Notes: generated by a model from the sequence alone, not told the origin. 20,000 nucleotides of DNA from an uncultured virus (IMG/VR IMGVR_UViG_3300022914_000005) (IMGVR_UViG_3300022914_000005), one strand, 5' to 3'; shown: positions 8,543 to 16,467, counted from the first letter of the stretch. Numbers and translations: made by a program.

Positions 8543-8773
8543 ATGAATATGAAGAAGCTTCCCGCACTCATCGCCACCGCGATCGTCGCCCTCTTCGGGT
8601 TTGGAATGATTGCCGCATTCATTGCTGACGTCAACAAGACGTACGACATGAGCGGCATGACCGCATGGGAAACCGTCATCGCGGTCTCAGTCTTCCTCTT
8701 CTTCATCGGCGTCATGACTACCGCATGCGTCGGCATCTACGAGACGCTGACTGACAACTACGACGAGATCTGA
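8543..8773 (+). CDS. Small two-TM membrane protein (76 aa)
   Basis: AAGGA RBS, own promoter motif and downstream hairpin; two hydrophobic helices; GC3-rich codons. Only credible plus-strand gene. Confidence 0.8.
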   Translation: MNMKKLPALIATAIVALFGFGMIAAFIADVNKTYDMSGMTAWETVIAVSVFLFFIGVMTTACVGIYETLTDNYDEI

Positions 8774-8793
8774 CCGCAAAGGAGCAAGCCGCA

Positions 8794-8829
8794 CGGAAAA
8801 GGCCGGGGTGAATGCCCCGGCCTCTTCCG
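8794..8829. terminator. Hairpin between convergent genes (probable bidirectional terminator)
   Basis: cggaaaaggccgggg-tgaatg-ccccggcctcttccg, ~15-bp stem with one mismatch. Confidence 0.75.
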
Positions 8830-8849
8830 CGTGTGGTGAAATGCGGCGA

Positions 8850-9407
8850 TCAGTTGACGACGGTCACGTTGCAGTCATCCGCAAACAGAGACTCAAGTGT
8901 CTCCATCGTGATGACCCCTTCGCCGTCAAGACCCTCGTCGGATTGGTACTGAGCGACAGCCGCAAGGGTGAGGTCTCCATACCAACCGTCCTTGTCAGTG
9001 TACGCGTCGGGGTAGCCGAGCTCGGTCAGGCGACGCTGGACGTGGTGAATTGACAGCGACTTCTTCGCGGCCTTGTTCTTGAAGACGCAAGCCGCAAGTG
9101 ACACGTTGTCAGTTTCGTTGCCACTGACTGCTGCGCCACCCGGCGATGGGTCGCGTCGTTTCTTTGAAGCCGGCTTTGACTTTGGCTTCGGCTCTGGCTT
9201 CGGCTCTGGCTCTTCCGCGGCAGCGACAACAGCAGTCTCTCCTACCGGGCGCTCGAACTTGGTGCCGTCCTGCACCTTGCCATCGCCATCGCCATCTGTG
9301 GCGTCTGGGTTGTAGCCATCGCCGATTGGGCGCTCGAACTCTGTCCCTTCCTGGACTACTCCGTCGCCGTCGCCGTCTTTGGCGTCTGGGTTGAACTCTG
9401 TGCTCAT
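8850..9407 (-). CDS. Protein with two DxDxDG repeats, PEPK linker and C-terminal peptidoglycan-binding-like (PG_binding_1) domain
   Basis: Two 27-aa NPDAxDGDGDGxVQ(E/D)GTxFERP repeats; C-terminal VQRRLTELGY..DGWYGDLTLAAVAQYQSDEGL..GVITMETL. Start ATG 9407 after AAGGAAG. Confidence 0.8.
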   Translation of the reverse strand: MSTEFNPDAKDGDGDGVVQEGTEFERPIGDGYNPDATDGDGDGKVQDGTKFERPVGETAVVAAAEEPEPKPEPKPKSKPASKKRRDPSPGGAAVSGNETDNVSLAACVFKNKAAKKSLSIHHVQRRLTELGYPDAYTDKDGWYGDLTLAAVAQYQSDEGLDGEGVITMETLESLFADDCNVTVVN

Positions 9408-9437
9408 GTTACACTTCCTTGTTCGGTTTGGTATCAA

Positions 9438-10859
9438 TTACCGTACTGTAAATACTCTACCACCTCTGCCCGTTGACGACTGCCCTCCACGGAACGCTGG
9501 CAGTCTTCTTGACGCGACAGACTTGGCAGTGATCGTGCCTCCGACAAAACCTTTCGGCGGTTTGATGAGCAGCGCGGTGAGCGCGTGTACGAGCGCGTCG
9601 ATTCTGTCTGGCGACTTCCCCTCGCCGGGAATCCACGCGATCATCTGCGACTCGAGCTCCGGAAGGTAGTTGATGTGGTGGACTCGGTTCTGTTCGTACG
9701 CGAGCGTAACTGGTTCGGCGCGAAGCGCCTTGCCATGTTTCGAGTGTACCTCGAGAACCTTGATCGACGGGTCGATTGCGAGGATGGCGTTCGTGACAAG
9801 GGCGCCGCCCTGGTTGACTTCTGCCACGACAGGGCACGAGTACTTTCGCGCCATCTCGACGACCTTGTTCGCCCATTGCTCAGGTGAGCCGTGGATACTT
9901 GCGTCCTCGAGAACCCACGCGTTGCGTTTGTACAGATCTCGCTCGCCTGTCGACGCGCAGACGACAATCCCGCACTCGTCTCTTGGGTTCTCGGCGACTG
10001 ACGGGTCGACACCAACTACTCTGAGTGGCGCCGAGTGCGGGAACCCGGTTTCTCTCGATCGTTCGATGAGTTCATCTGTCCAGAGCGCGCCTTCGACGTC
10101 GGAGAGCATCTCGCCGTAGAGCTCCTGCGCAGCAAGCCGCGTTCCAGCGTAGACACCGGTGATCGCGTCGAGATACGTCGACGAAAGGTTGCCGGCGTTG
10201 TCAAGCGTCGATCCTCTCGAGATGCGAACGTTGTAACCCTTCTCGGATTCCGCAAGCAGCGAGTACAGAACCGGCACGCGTTTCGGCGTGGTCGTGCAGA
10301 TGATCTGTGGCGCCTTCCCAAGACGAGTGGCGACGCGAAGGTTGTCCCACGATGTCATTCCAGCCGCGTCCGGCGACTGCCGCCATGCCGCGATCTCGTC
10401 TGCCCAGGCGTAGTGGAACTGCGGACCACGAAGGCCGTCTGGTTCGTCCGCGGTGAAGCACGTCGCGGTGTTTCCGTTCGGCCACGTCAGTCGTCGCTTC
10501 GACGGCTCGTACAGTGGGCGCTCGCTCGGCGGCGAGACGCTGATGATCCCAGACTCGCCCTCGACGATGACGTCACGCACGTCAGCCGCAGTACGTGCGA
10601 CGAGCGCGAAACGTATTTGACCCTGCGAAGTGTCCTTCGCCTTCTCACGGACCCACTCGGCGGCTGATCGCGTCTTGCCGGCGCCTCTGCCCGCGAGGTA
10701 CATCCAAATTGACCAATCGGTTCCGTCAGGCGGTAGCTGTTCGGGCCTCGCCCAGGCTCGCCAGTCCCAAACGAGCGCGTCCATGTCTACTCCGTCGAGC
10801 AGCGCGGCGCGTTCTTCGTCTGGGAGCAGGGCGAGCCGCTCCATCATGCTCTTGCCCAT
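9438..10859 (-). CDS. terL: Terminase large subunit
   Basis: Walker A AGRGAGKT, Walker B YAWADE, coupling motif TTTP, nuclease VVGVDP and SPDRIDAL. TGa-TACAAT 6 nt before ATG. Confidence 0.95.
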   Translation of the reverse strand: MGKSMMERLALLPDEERAALLDGVDMDALVWDWRAWARPEQLPPDGTDWSIWMYLAGRGAGKTRSAAEWVREKAKDTSQGQIRFALVARTAADVRDVIVEGESGIISVSPPSERPLYEPSKRRLTWPNGNTATCFTADEPDGLRGPQFHYAWADEIAAWRQSPDAAGMTSWDNLRVATRLGKAPQIICTTTPKRVPVLYSLLAESEKGYNVRISRGSTLDNAGNLSSTYLDAITGVYAGTRLAAQELYGEMLSDVEGALWTDELIERSRETGFPHSAPLRVVGVDPSVAENPRDECGIVVCASTGERDLYKRNAWVLEDASIHGSPEQWANKVVEMARKYSCPVVAEVNQGGALVTNAILAIDPSIKVLEVHSKHGKALRAEPVTLAYEQNRVHHINYLPELESQMIAWIPGEGKSPDRIDALVHALTALLIKPPKGFVGGTITAKSVASRRLPAFRGGQSSTGRGGRVFTVR

Positions 10860-10871
10860 GGCAAGATTGTA

Positions 10872-10994
10872 TCACTTCTTGGTCTTCGGCTTCTTCGAAC
10901 CTCGCCAAGCCCAGTGACCTGCGCCACCGACAAACTTGGTCGAAGACCCTGGAATCGGTCGGCGGATTGCTTCGTTACCCTGGTTACCTGTCAT
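10872..10994 (-). CDS. Small basic protein, 40 aa (MTGNQGNEAIRRPIPGSSTKFVGGAGHWAWRGSKKPKTKK)
   Basis: ATG 7 nt downstream of a CTAAAGA-N3-TACTAT motif; fills the gap directly upstream of terL. Confidence 0.55.
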   Translation of the reverse strand: MTGNQGNEAIRRPIPGSSTKFVGGAGHWAWRGSKKPKTKK

Positions 10995-11001
10995 GTAGAC
11001 C

Positions 11002-11017
11002 ATAGTAACATCTTTAG
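11002..11017 (-). promoter_or_regulatory. CTAAAGA-N3-TANNNT promoter motif (CTAAAGA tgt TACTAT)
   Basis: Matches the 8472 copy at 20 of 21 positions (CTAAAGATGwTACTATGGTCTA core). Confidence 0.7.
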
Positions 11018-11028
11018 TTTTGAGTTTC

Positions 11029-11253
11029 CTAGCCCTTTGCCGCTGCTTGAAGGTGCTCGATCTCGGCTCGCAGCTCTGCGATCACCGAACGAAGCTTTTC
11101 GGACTCGGCGACAGCTCTGAGCATGTTGTCGCGATACTCTGTCGTCAAGGACTTGATGTGCTCTCGAAGATGCCGTATCTCGTCCGCTGCGTTGTGCGCC
11201 GCGTTGACTATTGCGGTTTCGGGTGGATCTGACTCGACCTCAAAGAATGTCAC
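11029..11253 (-). CDS. Hypothetical coiled-coil protein (AADEI motif)
   Basis: 74 aa; GTGA overlap with the upstream gene; GGAG RBS. Confidence 0.7.
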   Translation of the reverse strand: MTFFEVESDPPETAIVNAAHNAADEIRHLREHIKSLTTEYRDNMLRAVAESEKLRSVIAELRAEIEHLQAAAKG

Positions 11254-11585
11254 GATGCGTCTCCTCCCCGGGCATCATCCCAAGCGTCTAGAGCGCTGTC
11301 CCAGCGGCCAGTTCTGATGCTGGCAGCAAGATGATCACCGGCATTGCGGAGTCGTTCAATGACGAGGCGAGCATCGTCGAGTTCGTCTTCGGCGTTGGAG
11401 ATGTCTTGGCTGATGCCTGCCGTTTTTGCCTGCCATTGATCACGCTCTGTGGCGAGACGCTCGATCTCGTCGGCAGCGTCGTCGAACAGTGAACCGGACA
11501 GCATCGTCACAGTCGCTTCGCCCTGAGACTCATCAACGACCCGAGCCATGGTTCTCAAGTCTTCTACGATGTTTCTGTCACTCAT
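11250..11585 (-). CDS. Hypothetical coiled-coil protein (AADEIERL motif)
   Basis: 111 aa from ATG 11585 (TGATG overlap); DIVxxLR/AADEIERL pattern common in small phage proteins. Confidence 0.7.
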   Translation of the reverse strand: MSDRNIVEDLRTMARVVDESQGEATVTMLSGSLFDDAADEIERLATERDQWQAKTAGISQDISNAEDELDDARLVIERLRNAGDHLAASIRTGRWDSALDAWDDARGGDAS

Positions 11586-12058
11586 CAGCCGGCAAGAGCT
11601 TCGATCTGTCCGAAGTGCTCTGGGCAGACGTAGCGAACTACATGCCGCATCCAAAGTCCGATGCTTTCGTTGAGCGTCGGGTCTACTTCGGACACCATCA
11701 GCATGACCTCGACGAGAAGCCTGTCGATCGCGAACCCCTGATCAAGCGAATCACAAATGCCGGCGGCGAGGTTGATGAGAACGTCATCCGTATAGCTGTA
11801 GTACCACAGAGGCGTGTCTTCTCTGACCATGTCAAGGTAGACGTCTGGTTGGTACCCGTTCATCGGCGGCTCTTCGTACGGAGCCAGAGTCGGGCGCGTT
11901 TCAGAGGTTGGCACCTCGGCAGTAGTTGTCGGAGGCACAGTCGTGTCCGCTGGCTCTTCTGCCGCGGGTGGCGTCGTAGTTGTTGCTTCGACGTACACGA
12001 TCCTCTCTCCGCCGCAGGCGGCCAAAAAGATAATCGGTAGAAGAATTGTCTTTTTCAT
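11585..12058 (-). CDS. Lipoprotein with Thr/Pro-rich linker and DUF732-like C-terminal domain
   Basis: Signal peptide MKKTILLPIIFLAAC (lipobox LAAC); LINLAAGICDSLDQG...VRYVCP pattern; AAGGGA RBS. Confidence 0.8.
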   Translation of the reverse strand: MKKTILLPIIFLAACGGERIVYVEATTTTPPAAEEPADTTVPPTTTAEVPTSETRPTLAPYEEPPMNGYQPDVYLDMVREDTPLWYYSYTDDVLINLAAGICDSLDQGFAIDRLLVEVMLMVSEVDPTLNESIGLWMRHVVRYVCPEHFGQIEALAG

Positions 12059-12253
12059 TGTCGTTTCCCTTCGCTGCAGCGTCGTACAGCCATCATACAC
12101 GTGTGACCGGCAGAACCCTAGACACACTTGTGCTTTCTGTGCCACTTCTCGACGTGCGCCCACGTCGACCAGCGAAATGACTTTCTTCCGCAGATCGTGC
12201 ACTGCCCTCTGCGATTCGGTGAGCCTGGCTCGATTTCGACGAGCGTTCGAGCG

Positions 12254-12628
12254 TCACTTGCTTCTTCCGTGTGATCTGTTCGCATTTCTCAAGTTCTTCT
12301 GTCGTGTGATGTCTTTTATTCCACGCCAGGGCTCGTCTAACGGTGTAGACAACCCTGCCGCACGAGCGTGAAGGCACTCGATCATGAGGATGCCACGCGG
12401 TGTGATTTCGTACGCAGATGTCTCGTCATTCCGCGTGGCTAGACCTTCGTCTACAAACTTCTTCAAGACGATTGTCACTCGGCGATTCTCGAGGTCTCTC
12501 GGATTGAACGCGGTGATCTCGTCTACGGTCATCGACTTTCTCGCTGACTTCAAGACCGTGAGAATGAAGTACGGCTTGCCATGCAGAGTAAGCGGGAACG
12601 GCTCGACGAGGCGTGCTGACTTTGCCAT
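12254..12628 (-). CDS. Putative winged-helix DNA-binding protein
   Basis: MTVDEI...VLKKFVDEGLA...YEITPRG wing pattern; AGGAG RBS. Confidence 0.65.
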   Translation of the reverse strand: MAKSARLVEPFPLTLHGKPYFILTVLKSARKSMTVDEITAFNPRDLENRRVTIVLKKFVDEGLATRNDETSAYEITPRGILMIECLHARAAGLSTPLDEPWRGIKDITRQKNLRNANRSHGRSK

Positions 12629-12637
12629 CGAAGTCTC

Positions 12638-12889
12638 CTAGGTTCTTTTGTGTTGGTCGTCGATTGCAAGGCTGAATCCGCAGTGAGGGCACACTCGGCG
12701 CTCACCGTCGTCGACAGTTTCCATGTCCATGAGGCACTTGCCGCAGATCAGAACTCGACCCTTCCAACGCTCTTTCTTGGGAACGTAGCGCGTGGCGTGT
12801 TCAAGTGTCAGATGCGCAGCGTGCTCCGTCGCTCGCTCGAAGCCTTTGCCACAGCGCCGGCAAACATGCTTGAGCTTCGACTTCGCCAT
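12638..12889 (-). CDS. Zinc-finger protein (C2H2 finger + C4 zinc ribbon), 83 aa
   Basis: CRRC-GKGF-x8-H-x4-H followed by CGKC...CPHC; start ATG 12889 just after the upstream stop. Confidence 0.75.
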   Translation of the reverse strand: MAKSKLKHVCRRCGKGFERATEHAAHLTLEHATRYVPKKERWKGRVLICGKCLMDMETVDDGERRVCPHCGFSLAIDDQHKRT

Positions 12890-12890
12890 C

Positions 12891-13235
12891 TCAGTACAGC
12901 GACGCGACCTTGTGCGTGTCTGAGACATCGAGCATGGTGCTCCAGACGCCTCCGCATGCTGCCGCCCACTGCTTTCCTCGAGAAACCTTGACGCGGTCCT
13001 TGAAGTTCGAGTAGTTGAGCGTGTCGACCTGCCCTGCAAGCCACTCCGCGTACGTCCCGGGCGACACGAACACTCGGTGCTCGTAGTCACGATGAGGCGT
13101 CGAGATGATCTCAGTTTCCTCGAGATTCGCGATGGACTCCAATGAACGCACGTCTCGAGCGCGAACCGTAAGCTTCCCATCGTCGCGATTGTGATTGACG
13201 ACGCTTACAAAACCTTCTTGGGTGAACACCCACAT
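12891..13235 (-). CDS. Conserved hypothetical protein (MWVFTxxGFVSVV...VRAR...DY..R...YSNFK family)
   Basis: 114 aa; GGAGG RBS; upstream promoter motif. Confidence 0.8.
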   Translation of the reverse strand: MWVFTQEGFVSVVNHNRDDGKLTVRARDVRSLESIANLEETEIISTPHRDYEHRVFVSPGTYAEWLAGQVDTLNYSNFKDRVKVSRGKQWAAACGGVWSTMLDVSDTHKVASLY

Positions 13236-13289
13236 ACCTATCCTCCGTCATTTTGTCATTTGGTTTGTTAGTTGTAGTGGGCTGGTGCC

Positions 13290-13305
13290 ACTATACAGTC
13301 TTTAG
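13290..13305 (-). promoter_or_regulatory. CTAAAGA-N3-TANNNT promoter motif (CTAAAGA ctg TATAGT)
   Basis: Intergenic, upstream of 13235 via an A/C-rich leader. Confidence 0.7.
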
Positions 13306-13524
13306 TTATTCAGCCGGCGTCTCGTCATCGAGCGCGACATTCGACTTCTTCACTTGCTCGAGGATGTCACTCGGCAGATCAGAAAACGCCATCGGCGTCA
13401 CCTCAACGTTGCCGTATTCCTCCATCATGCTCCTCGAGAACATTCGGTGCATGCCGGGCATCGCGTACGACTCGAGACGCCTTCCGTCGGAGTCGAACGC
13501 GACAATTTTGTAGATTTCGGCCAT
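13306..13524 (-). CDS. Hypothetical protein
   Basis: 72 aa; AAGGAG RBS; TGa-TACAAT upstream. Confidence 0.75.
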   Translation of the reverse strand: MAEIYKIVAFDSDGRRLESYAMPGMHRMFSRSMMEEYGNVEVTPMAFSDLPSDILEQVKKSNVALDDETPAE

Positions 13525-13559
13525 TTCTGTCTCCTTACGCCGTAGCTAGGTTCATTGTA

Positions 13560-13733
13560 TCATTGCTTTGGCGCAAGAATCGCGAGAATGATACCGTAGA
13601 GCCCAAGCGACACGACGAGCTCAGTGCTTGCACCCGCCGCTGCGGCCGCGACAGACATCGCGCCTGCCGCAGTCGCAACGACGGCAGTCCAGACTACGTC
13701 TCGCAGTCTTGAGACCCAGTCGGGACGTCGCAT
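13560..13733 (-). CDS. Small two-TM membrane protein (57 aa)
   Basis: MRRPDWVSRLRDVVWTAVVATAAG...; ATG just after the stop of the HTH gene. Confidence 0.65.
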   Translation of the reverse strand: MRRPDWVSRLRDVVWTAVVATAAGAMSVAAAAAGASTELVVSLGLYGIILAILAPKQ

Positions 13734-13734
13734 G

Positions 13735-14115
13735 TCAGGAAGCGCTCTTCCGAGTGCGCCCCTTGAGCCGAGCGGAGGGGTCGCGCAGTTCGACACCAGC
13801 CTCGCGAACAAGCCGGCGAGCCTTGGCGTACGAAACACCGAGGTTCTTGCCAACGGCGTCGATGCTGAGGCCGGAGGTGTAGAGTCGTCCGGCGGTAGCC
13901 GCGTCGGTAACAGCCGGCGTGCTGTCTGAAATGAGGTTCTTCTCGTCTCGAAGCGTGCTCATCGGGTCGACGGCGATAGTTTCAGCCGCAGTCGTAGTTG
14001 TAGTGTCTGTGTTGTTCATTTTCTGCCTCTTTTTGTCTTGTTGTATGTTCTGAAGCTCGGTTCTTGATCTTTCGATCAATGATCGTGCTTCGTTTAGTAG
14101 TGACTTTTCGCTCAT
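13735..14115 (-). CDS. HTH DNA-binding protein (actinobacterial HTH_58-like)
   Basis: LYTSGLSIDAVGKNLGVSYAKARRLVREAGVELR. Start at 14115 (ATGA overlap) or 14019. Confidence 0.75.
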   Translation of the reverse strand: MSEKSLLNEARSLIERSRTELQNIQQDKKRQKMNNTDTTTTTAAETIAVDPMSTLRDEKNLISDSTPAVTDAATAGRLYTSGLSIDAVGKNLGVSYAKARRLVREAGVELRDPSARLKGRTRKSAS

Positions 14116-14270
14116 AGCAGATCGTCGAGTTGATTCAAACGCCTGTAGACGCGATCCATCTCGGATTGCAAGCGATTGCTTCGAGAAAGCTCCTCGTCGT
14201 ACCGTAGCTGTAGCTGAGCGACCTGCCACTCGAGTTGAAGTATTCTCTCTTCATCGCTTACGTCTTTCAT
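14112..14270 (-). CDS. Small coiled-coil protein (52 aa)
   Basis: MKDVSDEERILQLEWQVAQLQ...; TATAAT upstream. Confidence 0.65.
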   Translation of the reverse strand: MKDVSDEERILQLEWQVAQLQLRYDEELSRSNRLQSEMDRVYRRLNQLDDLL

Positions 14271-14313
14271 ATTGTCTTTTTCATTATACAGATCTTGGTT
14301 GTCGATTAGAACA

Positions 14314-14502
14314 TCAGGGCTGTGACCTACGGAAAGACTCGACGACGTTCTGAGACGGCGAAACAACTCCAAGAAGCGTGGCTGGCTGTTCTTTCTCATG
14401 CTTATCAATTCTTATCGACATTCTCCAAGCGACAACCGCGATGATTGTCGACAGTGCCGTCAGCGCGAAGCACGCCAGTGTCACGACGCCGGCGCGTTTC
14501 AC
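14314..14502 (-). CDS. Small single-TM membrane protein (62 aa)
   Basis: GTG overlapping the upstream TGA; VVTLACFALTALSTIIAVVAW hydrophobic helix. Confidence 0.6.
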   Translation of the reverse strand: MKRAGVVTLACFALTALSTIIAVVAWRMSIRIDKHEKEQPATLLGVVSPSQNVVESFRRSQP

Positions 14503-14681
14503 CTCTGGACCTCTGACATTTCCCGCAAATGATGCTTGCGTTCGTTGTCGCACGTCGGGATCGCAGTAAGCGCGAGGTACGTAGTGATGCGATTCCCGCA
14601 TGCCGGGCACTTCCAAACGTGCTCACCTCGTTTCACGACGGGCTCCCTTCTCTTCGACTTGGTTGCTTGTTGCTTCGCCAT
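14499..14681 (-). CDS. Small zinc-ribbon protein (60 aa)
   Basis: WKCPACG...PTCDNERKH. Confidence 0.65.
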   Translation of the reverse strand: MAKQQATKSKRREPVVKRGEHVWKCPACGNRITTYLALTAIPTCDNERKHHLREMSEVQR

Positions 14682-14695
14682 AGCGAAAGACAATA

Positions 14696-14962
14696 TTACA
14701 TAGACTCTTGCTTCTGAGTTGACTTTCTGTCATTTCTCAGGGTTTTTCTGATCTGCCGCTTGATTTTTTCGCGCTGGTTCGTTGTAAGTCCGGCCCAGAC
14801 GCCAAGGTCCGTGTGTTTCATCGCGTGCTCGTAGCACTTTTCTCTTGCACTACACGACTGGCAGATCTTTCTGGCTCTTTCTACTGTCTTTCTCGACGTT
14901 TCGTTGAAAAATAGCTCTGATTTTCCCGAGCAGGGTGCGTTTTTCATCCATGACGGCGTCAC
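14696..14962 (-). CDS. whiB: WhiB-family transcriptional regulator
   Basis: W..A.C...ELFF...ARKICQSC...C...A...GVWAGLT..QR: four Cys plus the G[VI]W[AG]G turn; basic C-terminal tail; GGAG RBS. Confidence 0.92.
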   Translation of the reverse strand: MTPSWMKNAPCSGKSELFFNETSRKTVERARKICQSCSAREKCYEHAMKHTDLGVWAGLTTNQREKIKRQIRKTLRNDRKSTQKQESM

Positions 14963-14970
14963 TGTGTCTC

Positions 14971-15561
14971 CTAGGGTGCTATGGTCTGAGAGATTACCTG
15001 TGATGGTAGCCTTGAACCTGTGTCAAGTTTTGTTGCTATTTCAATAGCTCTCTGAACATACTCTACCGCGAGCACGTCTGAGAGAAAGTTCGGATTGTAG
15101 TCGCATAGAGCGTTCATCGCGCCGATCGCATAGTCTCCGCCGCTGCCGGCGCTATAGAACCCATATCTGTCTCGAGTCCAAGCGTAGTCTTCGTCTACCG
15201 CGTAGATCACGCCGCGAACTGAGATGATGAGCGACGACCCGTGAGCTGCTTGCTCTTTGTCGCTCTTTGTCGCGTATCCGTGGGACTCAAAGCACTCGCG
15301 GAGGGCAGGTATGAACTTCGACGTGAAAAACGAATCCAAGTCTGCGCCAAAGACTTTCGGCGGCTTTGGCGGATCAAAAGCGTGACAAACGATGTTGATC
15401 GCACGAAGATCGCCGGCAGTCGCCATGACATAGCCTGACTTTTCGGTCATCTTCGAGACACCAGGCGCGAGGCTGTATGCTCTGCCGTTGTCGTCGGACA
15501 CGAGCGAATCGCAGCCAACAACTGACCAGGTGTCGCCTTGAACCGCGAGAATTGTCGTCAC
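14971..15561 (-). CDS. Proteasome beta-subunit/HslV-like Ntn threonine peptidase
   Basis: (M)TTILAVQG...GCDS, downstream Lys, TAGD, SAGSGGDYAIGAM, AIEIATKLD. GTG start at 15561 gives an N-terminal Thr; TATAGT 6 nt upstream. Confidence 0.85.
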   Translation of the reverse strand: MTTILAVQGDTWSVVGCDSLVSDDNGRAYSLAPGVSKMTEKSGYVMATAGDLRAINIVCHAFDPPKPPKVFGADLDSFFTSKFIPALRECFESHGYATKSDKEQAAHGSSLIISVRGVIYAVDEDYAWTRDRYGFYSAGSGGDYAIGAMNALCDYNPNFLSDVLAVEYVQRAIEIATKLDTGSRLPSQVISQTIAP

Positions 15562-15568
15562 ATCGGTA

Positions 15569-15898
15569 CTATACCTTGTCAATGATCGACAGCGGCACCT
15601 TCACCTCGACGCCATGCGAGATTCCGTTCTCATCGACTGACGAAAACCTTCCGACCGGCCTGTCAAATCGCATGAGAAGCTTTGTTCGCGCTTTGCCGAC
15701 AATTGTCCCGAGCTCGCCGTGAATATACGCCGGCGACGCCTTAGTGTTCACGCGTACGCGGTCTCCGATCAGATAGTCGTCGACTTTCGCGGTCACGCGA
15801 ATCTTTTCTCGTCTCTCGGCGACCGCGTTGTCAATGTTGAAAAGATCTCCGTCAAGCCGGCCGCTCTCAATTGCTTTCAATACTTCTTCTGCGTCCAT
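15569..15898 (-). CDS. Hypothetical protein with SH3/KOW-like beta domain
   Basis: IGDRVRV...P.Y..G..GTIVGK pattern; GGAG RBS. Confidence 0.7.
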   Translation of the reverse strand: MDAEEVLKAIESGRLDGDLFNIDNAVAERREKIRVTAKVDDYLIGDRVRVNTKASPAYIHGELGTIVGKARTKLLMRFDRPVGRFSSVDENGISHGVEVKVPLSIIDKV

Positions 15899-15910
15899 AC
15901 GTCGCTCCAG

Positions 15911-15933
15911 TGTTGTGTTGTGTTGTGTTGTTG
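15911..15933. repeat. (TGTTG)4 short tandem repeat; CAACA repeats in the leader of 15898
   Basis: tgttgtgttgtgttgtgttgttg read directly. Confidence 0.8.
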
Positions 15934-15934
15934 C

Positions 15935-16462
15935 TTACGCGACAAGAACTATCTCGTCGCGGAGGCGCTTTGTTGCTCTGTGAAGAGCTACTCGAACGGC
16001 TGCGTCACTCATTTGCAGCTTTGCTGAGATCTCCTTTGACGAAAGCTCCCAAGCGTACCGCAACGAGACGATTTCACGCGATCTGTCGTCAAGCACTTCG
16101 AAAGCTTTCCTGAGAGCTTCTACGTTTGCTCGGTAGTCGTCATTCTCGAATGCGTAGACGTCTTCGCAAGACAGTTTGCCGTTGAACGCGAAGGAAAAGT
16201 TTTCTGGGTCGCAGGGCTCAGTCTTTCTCGCGGAATTTCTGCGATGCTCGTCCATGACTGCCGCGTGCGCGATCACGAGAGCAAGCGATCGAAGACCGCT
16301 GGTCCCGCCGTAGACTGAGTCTCGAGCAAGCAGCTTAGAGAAAGTCATCGAGACGATCTCGTCTGGGTCGCTCGACCCCTTCTTTGTCGCGTACGACGCG
16401 ATCATCTTCTTGAACGATCGGTACTCTTTTTCGAGAGTTGAAGCTACGTTTGTCGTTGTCAT
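15935..16462 (-). CDS. ECF-type (sigma70 group 4-like) RNA polymerase sigma factor
   Basis: Region 2-like DPDEIVSMTF..L...IAHAAVMDEHRR and region 4 LDDRSREIVSLRYAWELSSKEISAKLQMSDAAVRVALHRATKRLR. Start probably ATG 16462. Confidence 0.88.
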   Translation of the reverse strand: MTTTNVASTLEKEYRSFKKMIASYATKKGSSDPDEIVSMTFSKLLARDSVYGGTSGLRSLALVIAHAAVMDEHRRNSARKTEPCDPENFSFAFNGKLSCEDVYAFENDDYRANVEALRKAFEVLDDRSREIVSLRYAWELSSKEISAKLQMSDAAVRVALHRATKRLRDEIVLVA

Positions 16463-16467
16463 TCGCG

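Noticed and set aside
8850..9407. Endolysin call
   Set aside because: Only a PG-binding-like domain is visible; no amidase, peptidase or glycosidase motif.
9457..11005. Long alternative-frame and antisense ORFs over terL (e.g. 10035..10667+)
   Set aside because: Shadow ORFs of a GC-rich gene; Arg/Ser-rich with no motifs.
12638..13180. 180-aa version of the zinc-finger ORF, and similar N-terminal extensions at 6370, 9437, 11654, 12202, 14229, 14408, 14616, 15582, 16522, 18401
   Set aside because: Extensions overlap upstream genes or promoters; better RBS, leaderless or coupled starts lie downstream.
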